Origin: Deltaproteobacteria bacterium
Lineage (GTDB): Bacteria; Desulfobacterota; QYQD01
Direction of reading: 5' to 3'
Length of the DNA: 48,094 bases
NCBI GenBank assembly: GCA_007280345.1
Contig: QYQD01000002.1
Span: 1 to 48,094, forward strand
The notes beneath the pieces were generated by a model that was not told the DNA's origin, searched no databases, and saw only the letters and a list, made by a program, of their open reading frames with translations. A program made the position numbers and the translations under genes. Below, one piece after another: positions 7,515-17,687 of this stretch (its first letter is position 1; each line of letters starts with the position of its first letter).

Positions 7515-8339
7515 TCACATTACTTTGGGGGTTGGCAGTGGCAGAGTAATATCCACTACCTGCCCGCTATCCCCAAGGGATTTCAGTTGCTCGCCATCCA
7601 GATAAAGATCCATGCCGCCGGCGTTGCCTATAATTAGCCTTATTTTGTTATCCATCGTCCAGGTAATGGTTTCACCTGCCTTAAAGGAGTATTCCTGCAG
7701 GTTCTGTTCGTCAATCACCGACTGTACCCACGTATTTTCTTTAAAAACGGCCCGTAACTCATGTTGCTTTTCGTAGATGCGCTGGGGCGTGATATCTTGG
7801 AGTTGAGGCGCCTCCGGTGCTTTCGCTTGAGGATCAGGAATGTTTGTTTGTTCGGGAGCATATGTTTGGGCCTGGTCAACAACACGATTGGCCTCGACCG
7901 GTCGTGAATGCGCTGGGGCGTAGCTTTTGGACAAGGGCGGTTGTTCTTTTTTGAGGGGTTCCTTTTTGCCGATATTAACCACGAGACTCAAGAGAAAGAC
8001 AACGATAATGATTGATATAGATATCTTAAGGAGTTTTCTATGCCTGGAAAAGAACAGCCATATTTTTTTTTCGGGAGGAGGGCTAATTTCTTCTTGATGT
8101 TCGGGTGATGTAGTCTGAGGATGATAGCGGAGGAGGACGTCGTTAGTATCTAACCCGATATATTGAGCATAGCAACGGATAAAGCCTCGAACAAATACCT
8201 CTGCCGGAAATCTTTCTGTTTGCCCTTCTTCTATGGTTCTTAAAATGCCAATATTAATTTTGGTACCATTGGCAACTTCTTCCAGGGTTATGTTTCTGAG
8301 TTCCCTCTCGCGTTTTAGATAATCGCCGATAGACTCCAT
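7515..8339 (-). CDS. rodZ: RodZ-like cytoskeletal HTH membrane protein
   Basis: N-terminal Xre-type HTH IGDYLKRERELRNITLEEVA...RGFIRCYAQYIGLD, a single TM helix, a P/Q-rich linker and a DUF4115-like C-terminus. Confidence 0.7.
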   Translation of the reverse strand: MESIGDYLKRERELRNITLEEVANGTKINIGILRTIEEGQTERFPAEVFVRGFIRCYAQYIGLDTNDVLLRYHPQTTSPEHQEEISPPPEKKIWLFFSRHRKLLKISISIIIVVFLLSLVVNIGKKEPLKKEQPPLSKSYAPAHSRPVEANRVVDQAQTYAPEQTNIPDPQAKAPEAPQLQDITPQRIYEKQHELRAVFKENTWVQSVIDEQNLQEYSFKAGETITWTMDNKIRLIIGNAGGMDLYLDGEQLKSLGDSGQVVDITLPLPTPKVM

Positions 8340-8440
8340 GTGCCCCCCGGTTTTTGGTTTTTATATATAGATCGGCATATTTTTCCGATTAAAAAATAAG
8401 GGGCAGGAACTTTTACTTTTGGTTCCCGTACCGCTGGTGC

Positions 8441-9418
8441 TCAAAGTAAGACCTCTATATATGACCTATCGCGAAGCTCTTTTATCCAGACCATAAAACG
8501 CTTATTCACATCTTGCTCAAACAGAACTTGATATATTTCTTCCTTTGCCTCTTCAAATGTTTTTTCTTTTGATTCTTTAATATCTATAACTTTAAAGATT
8601 TGATAGCCGATAGGAGTTTCAACTACGGGACTTACCTCTCCGGTCTTAAGAGAGGTAATAACGTCCTTCATATATGGCGCCAGCTCATTTTTATCCAGAT
8701 AGCCCAGATTGCCGCCCTCAGATGCGGTGGGATATCCGGAAAACTGCCTGGCCAGGCCTTCAAAATCAGCCCCATCCCTGGCCCGCTGGCGGATATCTTC
8801 GGCCTTTTTAAGGATAGCGTGTTTTTCTTCCTCACTACAACCGACGGGTATGCTGAAGACAATATGCTGAACCCCATATTCTTGTTGGCCGGTATAACTG
8901 TGTTGGTTATCCTTATAATACTCTCTGAGTTTGTCTTCAGTTATAACGATCTTGGCATTGACTGTCTGGCTGATCAATTTGAAGCGTTCTATCTGTTCCT
9001 TGAGTTTCTGGCGGTACTCTTCCATGGAGATGCCGTCCTGTTCCAGGCGGGCCGTCAGTTGTTCCTTGGTTATCTCATGGTCTCGAATGATTTTTTCGAT
9101 GGACGCATCGACCTCTGCCTCAGACACAGACAATCCGAGCCTTTTTGCTTCCTGCTCAGCCAGCTTTCGCTCAATAAGGTGATTAAGCACCTCGGTTCTT
9201 ATTTTCCCTTTTTCTCTTTCTATGGCGGCGGCTGAGGCCTCCTGCTGGAGTTGACCGATAACACGCTGCTCCTCTTTGCCTAATTCCGCCAGGGTTATGA
9301 CGTCTTCATTGACGATGGCTACAATACGATCGACAATTTCGGCAGAACCTACCGCAGGGAGGAGAAAGATAAGCGAAGAGATGAGAAGAAAAAAGCAATT
9401 GAGTAGTTTCATGGTCAA
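8441..9418 (-). CDS. SurA-like periplasmic peptidyl-prolyl isomerase/chaperone
   Basis: Signal peptide, a SurA N-terminal-like domain (IVDRIVAIVNEDVIT) and a PpiC-type rotamase domain (GGNLGYL...GYQIFKV). Confidence 0.75.
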   Translation of the reverse strand: MTMKLLNCFFLLISSLIFLLPAVGSAEIVDRIVAIVNEDVITLAELGKEEQRVIGQLQQEASAAAIEREKGKIRTEVLNHLIERKLAEQEAKRLGLSVSEAEVDASIEKIIRDHEITKEQLTARLEQDGISMEEYRQKLKEQIERFKLISQTVNAKIVITEDKLREYYKDNQHSYTGQQEYGVQHIVFSIPVGCSEEEKHAILKKAEDIRQRARDGADFEGLARQFSGYPTASEGGNLGYLDKNELAPYMKDVITSLKTGEVSPVVETPIGYQIFKVIDIKESKEKTFEEAKEEIYQVLFEQDVNKRFMVWIKELRDRSYIEVLL

Positions 9419-9423
9419 AAGTT

Positions 9424-9559
9424 GATGAACTCGTAAAAAGTAAAATTTACCGCAGAGGTCGCCGAGAACGCTGAGATAACATATTGAATAGTTTACAGTT
9501 TTTCTCTGCGGACTTTGCGTGCTCAGCGGTGAAAAGGCTTTTTTAGGAATTGATCAAAG
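9424..9559 (+). repeat. MITE-like element, copy E2 (same termini as E1, different core)
   Basis: Left end gatgaactcgtaaaaagtaaaatttaccgcagaggtcgccgag. Right end ctttgcgtgctcagcggtgaaaaggcttttttaggaattgatcaaag. The core aacgctgagataacatatt is shared with E4. Confidence 0.8.
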
Positions 9560-9611
9560 TTCACTTGAGAATATAAAATGTAATCTTTACTTGTAGTTGG
9601 ACATTAGCATC

Positions 9612-12600
9612 TTACAAAAGGGCTTGCAAGACTTTTTTGACTTCCTCAAGTATCTGTACCCCTTCATCACCGGGTAGGGCCGCATAGAGTTTATTCTCCG
9701 GAGTAAAGCGGTACTTACCCCGGTTACGACGGATTAACGATAGGATTGTTTCCGGAGGAAGCCTGGTCTTATCGCTGAAGCTCAAGATAAAATGACCATT
9801 AGTGCTGTCCAGGCGGTGCACCTTGAGTTTCTTGAGATCCTGTTTGATTTCCATGATAGACAGGAGGTCTTCGACCTCGGGGGGTATGGGGCCATAGCGG
9901 TCTGTTAGTTCATCCTTTATGTCTGAGAGCATCGTAACCGTATCTGCCATAGTTAAGCGGCGGTAGGTAATGAGACGCTGATCCGGCTCCGGCAGATAGT
10001 TTTCCGGTATGTAGGCGGAGACCTTAAGATTAATTTCCGGTTCAAAATCTTCTTCAACCGGGGTACCCTTAAGTTCATTTACGGTCTTTTCAAGGAGATC
10101 CAGATACAGGTCGTAGCCCACTACCGCAATATGTCCGGTCTGGCTGGTTCCAAGGATATTGCCGGCGCCTCTGATCTGGAGATCGCCCATGGCCAGTTTA
10201 AAACTGGATCCCAATTCGTTGAGATCCAATAAGGCCTCCAGTCTTTTTTGGGCATCCCTGGTAAGATGGGCGGGTGACGGGACTAACAGGTAGGCATAGG
10301 CCTGCTCTTTAGAGCGCCCCACGCGGCCGCGGAGCTGGTAGATCTCGGCCAGACCGAGGCGGTCAGCCCGGTTGATGATTATGGTATTAGCCGAGGGTAT
10401 GTCCAGGCCGGACTCGATAATAGTAGTGCAGACCAATACGTCTATCTCCCGGCGGACAAATCTCACCATGATCTCTTCCAGCGCCCTGCTGGAAAGCTGC
10501 CCGTGGGCTACGGCTATGCGCACCTCCGGGACCAGCCTCCGCAAACGCTCGGCCACCACCTCAATGCCGACCACCCGGTTATGCACAAAGAAGACCTGAC
10601 CGCCGCGTTGATATTCCCGGATGATGGCCTCTCGTATCACATTATCATCGAACCTGGTTACATAGGTCTTAACCGGGATACGATCCTGGGGAGGTGTACT
10701 TATTACGCTAAGATCGCGTACACTGAGGAGGGACATCTGAAGGGTACGAGGAATAGGGGTTGCCGTCAGGGTAAGGACATCTACGGTCTTCTTCATTTGT
10801 TTCAGTTGTTCTTTATGCCTGACGCCAAAACGGTGTTCTTCATCTATAATAAGTAGTCCCGGGTCGTGGAATTTAATATCTTTTTGCAACAGGCGGTGCG
10901 TACCGATGACGATGTCTACTTTACCCTCCGCCAGTTTGGACAGAATCTGTTTTTGTTCTTTGGCGGTGCGGAAGCGGCTGAGACAGGCTACAACTACCGG
11001 GAAGGGAGAAAGGCGGCGGCTGAAGGTCTGGAAGTGTTGCTCGGCAAGGACAGTTGTGGGTACCAGTATGGCTACCTGCCTGCCATCCATTACGGCCTTA
11101 AATGCCGCGCGCAAGGCCACCTCGGTCTTTCCATAACCTACGTCCCCGCATATCAATCGATCCATAGGCCGGGGTGAAGTCATGTCTCCTATGGTATCTT
11201 CTATGGCGGCTATCTGGTCCGGGGTCTCTTCATGTTCAAAGGATAGCTCGAACTCCTTATAAAGACTATCGGGTGGTGAAAAGGCAAAGCCCTTTTCCAC
11301 CTTCCGCCGGGCGTAGATATCCAGCAGCTCCAGGGCCACCTTCCAGATGGCTTCCTGTATCCGTTTCCGGGCGAGTTGCCAGGATTTGCCGCCTAATTTG
11401 TTGATTTGCGGGGTATAACCTTCTACACCTATGTATTTTTGCAGTACATTGAGTCTATATACAGGCAGATAGAGTTTATCTCCATCCCGGTATTCCAATA
11501 ACAGATAGTCGTTGACGGTGTTATCTACCCCCAGCCGGATCAGATTACGATAGAGACCAATGCCATGGTCGCGGTGAACGATCAGGTCGTCAGGCTTAAG
11601 TTCGCTAAAGTCTAAAATAGGGGAAAACTTTTTCTTTATGGCCGCAGCCGGTTTCTTTACCCTTTCACCGAACAGCTCGCTTTCGGTCACCAGAATAAGC
11701 CTATAGGCGGGGAAGCGGAAGCCGCGCGAGATATCTCCGGTATGGATGCGCACCGTTTGATTCGATGATTCCAGGGCAAAGTGGAAAGGTGTATCTAAGA
11801 CCTTGGCCTGTATATGGTAATCGGCTAGAAGCCCCTTAAGTTGTTCTGCGGTATGAATCGTGCGGCATACAAGGTAAACAGATTCTCCTTCGTCCAGCCA
11901 GGCGGTTATCCGGTGTGGAAAGGCCGTGAAAAAGTCTTCCCGCCTATGACCAACCGGGAATTCAGCTTTTATATCCTCGTTGCCCAGCGTAGCCAGTTGC
12001 AGTCTTGCGTCGGCGGCCGGTTTTTCTTCTATAGGTAAGGATATTATGCGTACGTGGGAGGCAGCCGGGATCAAATCTGCCCAGTCCTGGTCAATTTGAT
12101 AAAGATCCTGCGGCTCCGGGCAAAAACGGGAGTCAGCACGGGCAGTTATATTAATTTCTTTAATCTTGTTTTGAAAACGGGCCTGTTCTTCTCCTATTCT
12201 CGCAGGATATATACTCACCAGGAGACCCTCCTGCCTGCCGGCAGGCACGGCGGCCGGGAGGTAATCGCGCCAGGCGGAAAGTTCGGGATAGAATAAAGGC
12301 AGGAGGAATTCAGAGCCGGCGAAGTGAATGCGCTGCTCTATCTGGGCCTCGATTTCCTTTATTCCGTCGAGGGCAATATCCCGCTCCATAGCATATTGGC
12401 GGATATGTTTCAGGGCATAGGAGGCTTCTTGCTCTCCAAAAATAACCTCATGTACCGGAAGGAGTATGATCTCATTGATCTCGCGGAGAGACCTCTGGGT
12501 GAGACGATCAAACTCACGGATGGATTCCACCCAATCTCCAAGACAGTCTATACGGACAGGATTGGTGTGCATGGGGGGAAAAACGTCTATAATGCCACCC

Positions 12601-13109
12601 CGGAGGCTGAAGTCTCCCACTTCCTGCACGAGCGAGGTAGCGGTATAGCCACCGGCGATCAGCTTTTCTCTTAAGGTCTGACGGTCGAGATCTTCATGAG
12701 CAACGATATAATCGACAAAATCGGTCAGTGCCTTTTTGGGCAGCAACTTTTGTAATAGGGCCTCGACCGGAACCACGACGATAAAGTTAGGGTCGCCGGA
12801 GACCATACGGTAAAGGGTCTCGATACGGCGGCTTACTGTGGTCTTGTGTGGGGAGAGTTCGCTGAAAGGGAAGACTTCGTACGACGGGAAGACAAAGACC
12901 GGGCGTTTACAGAAAAAAGCAAACTCCGAGGCATAGAGATCTGCTTCCTTTAAGCCAGGGGTTACACACGTGATAGGGCCGGAGAGGGTGTTTTCCATTT
13001 CGGCCAGGACAAAGGCCAGGGATGAGCCTTTCAGCCCGGTAACATCTACAAGGCCTCCTCGTGTAATGGATTTTTTCAGGTCGGTTAGGTATTGGGTATC
13101 GGTAATCAC
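9612..13109 (-). CDS. mfd: transcription-repair coupling factor Mfd
   Basis: 1165 aa. Contains a CarD/TRCF RNAP-interacting domain, superfamily-2 helicase motifs (GDVGYGKTEVA, DEEHRFG) and a TRCF C-terminal domain. Confidence 0.95.
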   Translation of the reverse strand: MITDTQYLTDLKKSITRGGLVDVTGLKGSSLAFVLAEMENTLSGPITCVTPGLKEADLYASEFAFFCKRPVFVFPSYEVFPFSELSPHKTTVSRRIETLYRMVSGDPNFIVVVPVEALLQKLLPKKALTDFVDYIVAHEDLDRQTLREKLIAGGYTATSLVQEVGDFSLRGGIIDVFPPMHTNPVRIDCLGDWVESIREFDRLTQRSLREINEIILLPVHEVIFGEQEASYALKHIRQYAMERDIALDGIKEIEAQIEQRIHFAGSEFLLPLFYPELSAWRDYLPAAVPAGRQEGLLVSIYPARIGEEQARFQNKIKEINITARADSRFCPEPQDLYQIDQDWADLIPAASHVRIISLPIEEKPAADARLQLATLGNEDIKAEFPVGHRREDFFTAFPHRITAWLDEGESVYLVCRTIHTAEQLKGLLADYHIQAKVLDTPFHFALESSNQTVRIHTGDISRGFRFPAYRLILVTESELFGERVKKPAAAIKKKFSPILDFSELKPDDLIVHRDHGIGLYRNLIRLGVDNTVNDYLLLEYRDGDKLYLPVYRLNVLQKYIGVEGYTPQINKLGGKSWQLARKRIQEAIWKVALELLDIYARRKVEKGFAFSPPDSLYKEFELSFEHEETPDQIAAIEDTIGDMTSPRPMDRLICGDVGYGKTEVALRAAFKAVMDGRQVAILVPTTVLAEQHFQTFSRRLSPFPVVVACLSRFRTAKEQKQILSKLAEGKVDIVIGTHRLLQKDIKFHDPGLLIIDEEHRFGVRHKEQLKQMKKTVDVLTLTATPIPRTLQMSLLSVRDLSVISTPPQDRIPVKTYVTRFDDNVIREAIIREYQRGGQVFFVHNRVVGIEVVAERLRRLVPEVRIAVAHGQLSSRALEEIMVRFVRREIDVLVCTTIIESGLDIPSANTIIINRADRLGLAEIYQLRGRVGRSKEQAYAYLLVPSPAHLTRDAQKRLEALLDLNELGSSFKLAMGDLQIRGAGNILGTSQTGHIAVVGYDLYLDLLEKTVNELKGTPVEEDFEPEINLKVSAYIPENYLPEPDQRLITYRRLTMADTVTMLSDIKDELTDRYGPIPPEVEDLLSIMEIKQDLKKLKVHRLDSTNGHFILSFSDKTRLPPETILSLIRRNRGKYRFTPENKLYAALPGDEGVQILEEVKKVLQALL

Positions 13110-13180
13110 TCAACCGTTAATTTAATCAGCGGCATCGAAAAACGCAATACCTGGTCTTCTTTCGGCCAGCTACTTATTTA

Positions 13181-13330
13181 ATTCGTAAAAAAGCCTTTTC
13201 ACCGCTGAGCACGCAGAGTCCGTAACCCGCAACGTAGGGGCGCTGCTTGCTGCGCCCTTATTGGGCAGGGCAAGCCCTGCCCCTACGCCAACCTCGGCGA
13301 CCTCTGCGGTAATTTTTACTTTTTACGAAG
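13181..13330 (-). repeat. MITE-like element, copy E3 (inverted near-identical copy of E1 lacking 25 nt)
   Basis: The reverse complement aligns with 6423-6595 with about 4 substitutions by eye. It lacks the block at 6531-6555 (ggcctcggcgtgagctcagccgaac). Confidence 0.85.
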
Positions 13331-13343
13331 CCGTCACTTATGA

Positions 13344-13372
13344 TTGACAAAATACACCCACCTGTCTTAAAG
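13344..13372 (+). promoter_or_regulatory. sigma-70-type promoter candidate for hflX
   Basis: TTGACA (13344-13349), a 17-nt spacer, then TTAAAG (13367-13372). Confidence 0.4.
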
Positions 13373-13410
13373 TCTATTCGACGCGACCTGTAGAAAAAAA
13401 GGCTGAACCT

Positions 13411-15057
13411 ATTAAAAAAATCTCCGGAAACGTAATTGGTCTTAAGGTCAACCAGGTAAAAAGACTGGAAAATATCTATCGCCGTAAGATCCCACCTAAC
13501 GACATAATTACCCCTGAACTAGCCAGATATATTACCGAGTTGTCGCGGGAGATCAATCGTCAGATAGGCATATTGGTAAAGCGGTCCGGCGATATTGAAT
13601 ATGTCATGGTTGGCGACCACCGGAGTATTACCATCCCAAGCCTGTCGGATTACCGTGCAGGGAGTAGCCGTTTACGGGGGCTGCGGTGCATCCACACCCA
13701 TCTGGATGATGAGCCCCTTACCCATGATGATTTGACGGATTTGGCCCTCCTTCGTCTGGATATCATGGCCGGCATAATTGCCCGACCGGATGGCCTTCCG
13801 GGATTGGTACATGCCGCCCACCTCCTGCCCAGGCCAGTGAGAGGAGAAAACATTTTTTTTCTAGAGCCCAGGATACCGGCACAGTTGGATATTGATTTTC
13901 AGGGCTTGATCCAATCTCTTGAGGACGAAATTGCCCGTGAGCAGGCCGTACAAACAGTAGGCGGGAAAAAAGACCGCGCCTTCCTTATTGATGTCACCAC
14001 CACCTCCCGTGAAGCGGCGGAGGAGTCTCTGGAGGAACTGAGGGAGTTGGCACGAACCGCCGGGGTTGAGGTGCTGGATTCCATTATTCAGCGGCGAGAT
14101 AAAATACACCCTAAGTACATAATGGGTAAGGGGAAACTCGGCGATTTACTGATAAAGACACTGCAGAGGGGCGCCAATCTGCTGATATTTGATCATGAGT
14201 TAAATCCTTCACAGATCCGTTCCATTACCGACTTTACAGATATGCGTGTTATTGACCGCACCCAGCTTATCCTGGATATTTTTGCCCGGCGCGCCCGGAG
14301 CCGGGAAGGTAAGATACAGGTAGAAATGGCCCAGTTGAACTATCTTTTGCCGCGGCTGGTTACCAGAGACGATGCGCTCTCCAGGCTTACCGGAGGCATC
14401 GGCGGACGCGGCCCTGGTGAGACCAGGCTGGAGATAGATCGCCGCCGGGTGCGCGAGCGCATCGCGCGGCTTACCAAAGAACTCAAATCTATTAGCAAGC
14501 AGAGGGAGCTAAGACGCAAAATTCGCAAGCGGAAGGATATACCGATAATATCCATTGTTGGTTACACCAATGCCGGAAAATCTACGCTGCTGAATGCCCT
14601 TACCAAAAGTCAATTTCTGGCCGAGGACCGCCTGTTTGCCACCCTTGACCCGGCCAGCCGGAGGATCCGCTTTCCCCGGGAGGCCGAGGCTATAATAACC
14701 GATACAGTAGGCTTTATTCGTGATCTGCCCCGGGATTTATTCGAGGCCTTTCGGGCCACACTGGAAGAACTTCAGGATGCCGATATTATTATTCATCTCA
14801 TAGACATAAGTAATAAAAATTTTCGGGAACATATAGAGGCAGTTGAACATATTATGGAGACCCTGGAACTGCATCACATCCCTGCTATTAAAGTCTTCAA
14901 TAAAATAGACCGGGTATCACCGGAGTATGTCGCTACCCAAGGCCGGGCCTATAATGCCCTGGCCATTTCGGCTATGAATCCTGACACCCTGTCGCCATTT
15001 ATTGAAACCATTCAGGGCATAGTGGAGAAGGCTCATACCCAGGTAAAAGAGATATGA
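13411..15057 (+). CDS. hflX: GTPase HflX with a long N-terminal extension (start uncertain; first canonical start is TTG at 13540)
   Basis: GTP-binding motifs GYTNAGKST, DTVGF and NKID, plus an HflX N-domain. The frame is open from 13348 and encodes GNVIGLKVNQVKRLENIYRRKIPPNDIITPELARYITELSRE upstream of 13540, with only ATT, ATC and CTG as start candidates. Confidence 0.85.
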   Translation: MKKISGNVIGLKVNQVKRLENIYRRKIPPNDIITPELARYITELSREINRQIGILVKRSGDIEYVMVGDHRSITIPSLSDYRAGSSRLRGLRCIHTHLDDEPLTHDDLTDLALLRLDIMAGIIARPDGLPGLVHAAHLLPRPVRGENIFFLEPRIPAQLDIDFQGLIQSLEDEIAREQAVQTVGGKKDRAFLIDVTTTSREAAEESLEELRELARTAGVEVLDSIIQRRDKIHPKYIMGKGKLGDLLIKTLQRGANLLIFDHELNPSQIRSITDFTDMRVIDRTQLILDIFARRARSREGKIQVEMAQLNYLLPRLVTRDDALSRLTGGIGGRGPGETRLEIDRRRVRERIARLTKELKSISKQRELRRKIRKRKDIPIISIVGYTNAGKSTLLNALTKSQFLAEDRLFATLDPASRRIRFPREAEAIITDTVGFIRDLPRDLFEAFRATLEELQDADIIIHLIDISNKNFREHIEAVEHIMETLELHHIPAIKVFNKIDRVSPEYVATQGRAYNALAISAMNPDTLSPFIETIQGIVEKAHTQVKEI

Positions 15058-15130
15058 TCGGTTATTTTGGGATTGCTATTAAGTCCTGATTTGCTAAGAT
15101 AATAAAATAACATGAAAAGAATTTTTAAAA

Positions 15131-15161
15131 CTTTGTGTGCCTTGTGGTTAATTTCTTGACA
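15131..15161 (+). repeat. solo terminal segment related to the CACAGAG-word elements
   Basis: ctttgtgtgccttgtggttaatttcttgaca compared with ctctgtgttctctgtggttaatttttgaca at 20131-20160. Confidence 0.5.
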
Positions 15162-15191
15162 AGACTATAGGGATTTCAGGAGGAACAAAAA

Positions 15192-15824
15192 ATGAAGTTA
15201 CCGAAAACTGTTTTTGTCCTTGGCCTTGTCTCCTGCATTGTATCCTGCGCTACAGCCCCGGAATGGACTAAGACCAAGACCGCCCAGGGGGCGGCGATTG
15301 GGGCTGGCGTAGGGGCAGTAACCGGCACCATCGTCGGCAAGGGTAAGGGCGCGGTAGTCGGTGGCGTTATTGGTGGGTTGGCTGGAGCAGGCATCGGTTA
15401 CTATCTTGACCAGCAGGCTAAAGAGTTTGAGCAGGTACCCGGTGTCCAGGTAGATAGGAAAGAGGACCGTTTGTTGGTGACCATGCAGAACAATATCCTT
15501 TTCCAGACAGATTCGGCAGAATTGAGTAAGGATTCTGCGGTGACACTGGGAAAGACGGCCGATATTCTAAAAAGATATCCGGAGACCCGCATAATTGTTA
15601 AGGGCTACACAGATGATGTCGGTTCTGAAGAATACAATTTTAAGCTCTCGGAGCGCCGGGCTTTAATGGTTAGAAACTTTCTGGTAGGAGCGGGGGTCGG
15701 GCCAGAGCGTGTAACCGGTGTTGGTTACGGAGAATCATTTCCTGTAGCTGATAACCGTACGGCCGCCGGCCGGCAGAAGAACCGTCGCGTGGAGATGGAG
15801 ATTATACCCCAGCAGGGGAACTGA
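15192..15824 (+). CDS. OmpA-family lipoprotein with a glycine-zipper region
   Basis: Lipobox-like signal peptide (LVSCIVSC), a G/A/V-rich glycine zipper, and an OmpA_C peptidoglycan-binding domain (GYTDDVGSEEYNFKLSERRA...NRRVE). Confidence 0.8.
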   Translation: MKLPKTVFVLGLVSCIVSCATAPEWTKTKTAQGAAIGAGVGAVTGTIVGKGKGAVVGGVIGGLAGAGIGYYLDQQAKEFEQVPGVQVDRKEDRLLVTMQNNILFQTDSAELSKDSAVTLGKTADILKRYPETRIIVKGYTDDVGSEEYNFKLSERRALMVRNFLVGAGVGPERVTGVGYGESFPVADNRTAAGRQKNRRVEMEIIPQQGN

Positions 15825-15891
15825 GGCTAATAATAAAAGCAGGAAGTTCCAGTGGCAATATCTATTTTGGACACTGATATGAGCGAGAATT

Positions 15892-17670
15892 ATGCCTACG
15901 GTTGAGAAAATACTCGTTGTAGATGACGATGCAGTGGTCAGGGGTTTTATAAATGATGCCCTGACAGGCAGCGGTTATGAGTGTATCGAGGCCTCGATGG
16001 CCCGGGAGGTTTTTGCTCTAATGGCTGAGCACCAAATTTCGCTCATATTATTAGACATTAAGCTTCCTGATCAGGACGGATTGAGCCTCTTGCCACAGAT
16101 AATGGAACGAGATAAAGATATCTGTGCAGTTATGATGACCGGTGTAGTGGATATTCGAACCGCGCTGTCTGCCATACGGGGCGGGGCCTTTGATTACATT
16201 ACCAAGCCGTTCACAGTAGATGAGCTGCAAGTTGTGGTACTGAGGGCCCTTAATAAGAGACGTTTAGAGATTGAAAATAAAGAGTACCAGCGGAGCATAG
16301 AAGAAAAGAACCTTAGGCTGGAGATATTGCATGACCTCTCCGTAAAGGTGGCTTATTACCTCTTAAGCACAGTTGAACTGGAAGACATCTTCAGGACCAT
16401 ACTGGTTGGTATCACTGCAGGCGTGGGATTAGGGTTTAACCGCGCCTTTTTGGCATTATTTGATGATGACGGTAGTGTGTTGCGGGGGAAAATGGCGGTT
16501 GGGCCGGACAGCCCGGAAGAAGCCGGAAGGATATGGTCGGCATTACAGGAGACGAAATATACCCTAGCCGAGGCCCTTGAGAAATGCGGCCGGGCCTGTC
16601 AGCCTCAGGACACAAGGGTTAACCAGATTGTCCGCGGGATAGCGGTGCCCGGCACGGACACGGATCATATTTTTATTCAGGCGGCACAGGAGCGACGTGC
16701 ATTTCATGTGCTGGGGAGACGTGTTGATGGCCGGCCGGTGAGAGATGATATTGTAAATCTCTTTGGTGTTGACGAGTTTGCGGTTGTTCCACTCTGCTCC
16801 CCGTACCGGGTACAGGGCATTATTATTGCCGATAACTTCATCACCGGCAAGCCGATCAAGGAAGAGGACATCGCCGCCATTGAACTCTTTGCCAACCAGG
16901 CCAGTATGGCCATAGAAAAGAGCAGACTTTACTCAGAATTGGCTGCCAAACTGGCTATGCTGGAGACCGCTAATAAGGAATTACAGGAAAGCCGGGATAT
17001 GTTGATCCGGGCCGAGCGGCTTTCGGCCATAGGCGAGATGGCTGCCCAGATAGCCCATGAGATGAGAAATCCGCTGGCTTCGATCGGGGGACTGGCCCGG
17101 TTTATACAGAGGCATACGAAGGAGGATAAGCACCAAAAACATCTGGATAGTATCGTAAAAGAGACGGAGAAAATGGAAGATATCCTGGCTCAGGTATTTA
17201 AATTCATTCAATCTCCGCAATTGACGCTGAGCCGGCTAAATTTGAACGATATCGTGTCGTTCTCCCTTAGCGCCCTCAGCCCTTCGTTTGAGAAATTTCA
17301 TGTCGAGGTGGAAACAGATTTTGCTTCGGATATGCCTGATTCAGAGCTTGATGGCAACCAGATGAGACAGGCTGTTATTAACATCTGTAAAAATTCTATC
17401 GAGGCTATGCCTTCAGGTGGCAGGCTCAGGGTCAGCACCCGGCTTACCCCCCAGAATATAGAGGTTGAGATTAGTGATACCGGAACGGGCATGCAGAGAG
17501 AGATGTTGGATAAGGCCCGGCAGCCCTTTTTTACCACTAAAACTTACGGCGTTGGTCTGGGATTGAATATAGCAGAACAGATTGTCAGGGCGCACAAAGG
17601 CAAAATGGATATTTCCAGCGGGTTAGACGCCGGGGTACGTGTTAATATTACCCTGCCGCGCAACGCATAG
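15892..17670 (+). CDS. hybrid response-regulator receiver / GAF / histidine kinase
   Basis: REC domain (ILVVDDD...LLDIKLPDQDG...ITKPF), a central GAF-like region, H-box AAQIAHEMRNPLASI, and a HATPase_c domain with N, G1 and G2 boxes. Confidence 0.8.
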   Translation: MPTVEKILVVDDDAVVRGFINDALTGSGYECIEASMAREVFALMAEHQISLILLDIKLPDQDGLSLLPQIMERDKDICAVMMTGVVDIRTALSAIRGGAFDYITKPFTVDELQVVVLRALNKRRLEIENKEYQRSIEEKNLRLEILHDLSVKVAYYLLSTVELEDIFRTILVGITAGVGLGFNRAFLALFDDDGSVLRGKMAVGPDSPEEAGRIWSALQETKYTLAEALEKCGRACQPQDTRVNQIVRGIAVPGTDTDHIFIQAAQERRAFHVLGRRVDGRPVRDDIVNLFGVDEFAVVPLCSPYRVQGIIIADNFITGKPIKEEDIAAIELFANQASMAIEKSRLYSELAAKLAMLETANKELQESRDMLIRAERLSAIGEMAAQIAHEMRNPLASIGGLARFIQRHTKEDKHQKHLDSIVKETEKMEDILAQVFKFIQSPQLTLSRLNLNDIVSFSLSALSPSFEKFHVEVETDFASDMPDSELDGNQMRQAVINICKNSIEAMPSGGRLRVSTRLTPQNIEVEISDTGTGMQREMLDKARQPFFTTKTYGVGLGLNIAEQIVRAHKGKMDISSGLDAGVRVNITLPRNA

Positions 17671-17687
17671 GACAGGTCTTAACAGAG

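Noticed and set aside
8600-9235. Long antisense or alternative-frame ORFs. These are 573..977, 8600..9235, 24163..24771, 25200..25646, 34104..34658, 39163..39576, 44416..44829 and 44971..45321.
   Set aside because: Each lies inside or opposite a confidently identified conserved gene and shows no recognisable motifs. They are typical shadow ORFs.
17671-17687. A Moco riboswitch might lie upstream of moaA.
   Set aside because: Only 17 nt separate the kinase stop from the moaA start, which leaves no room for the ~130-nt Moco RNA motif.
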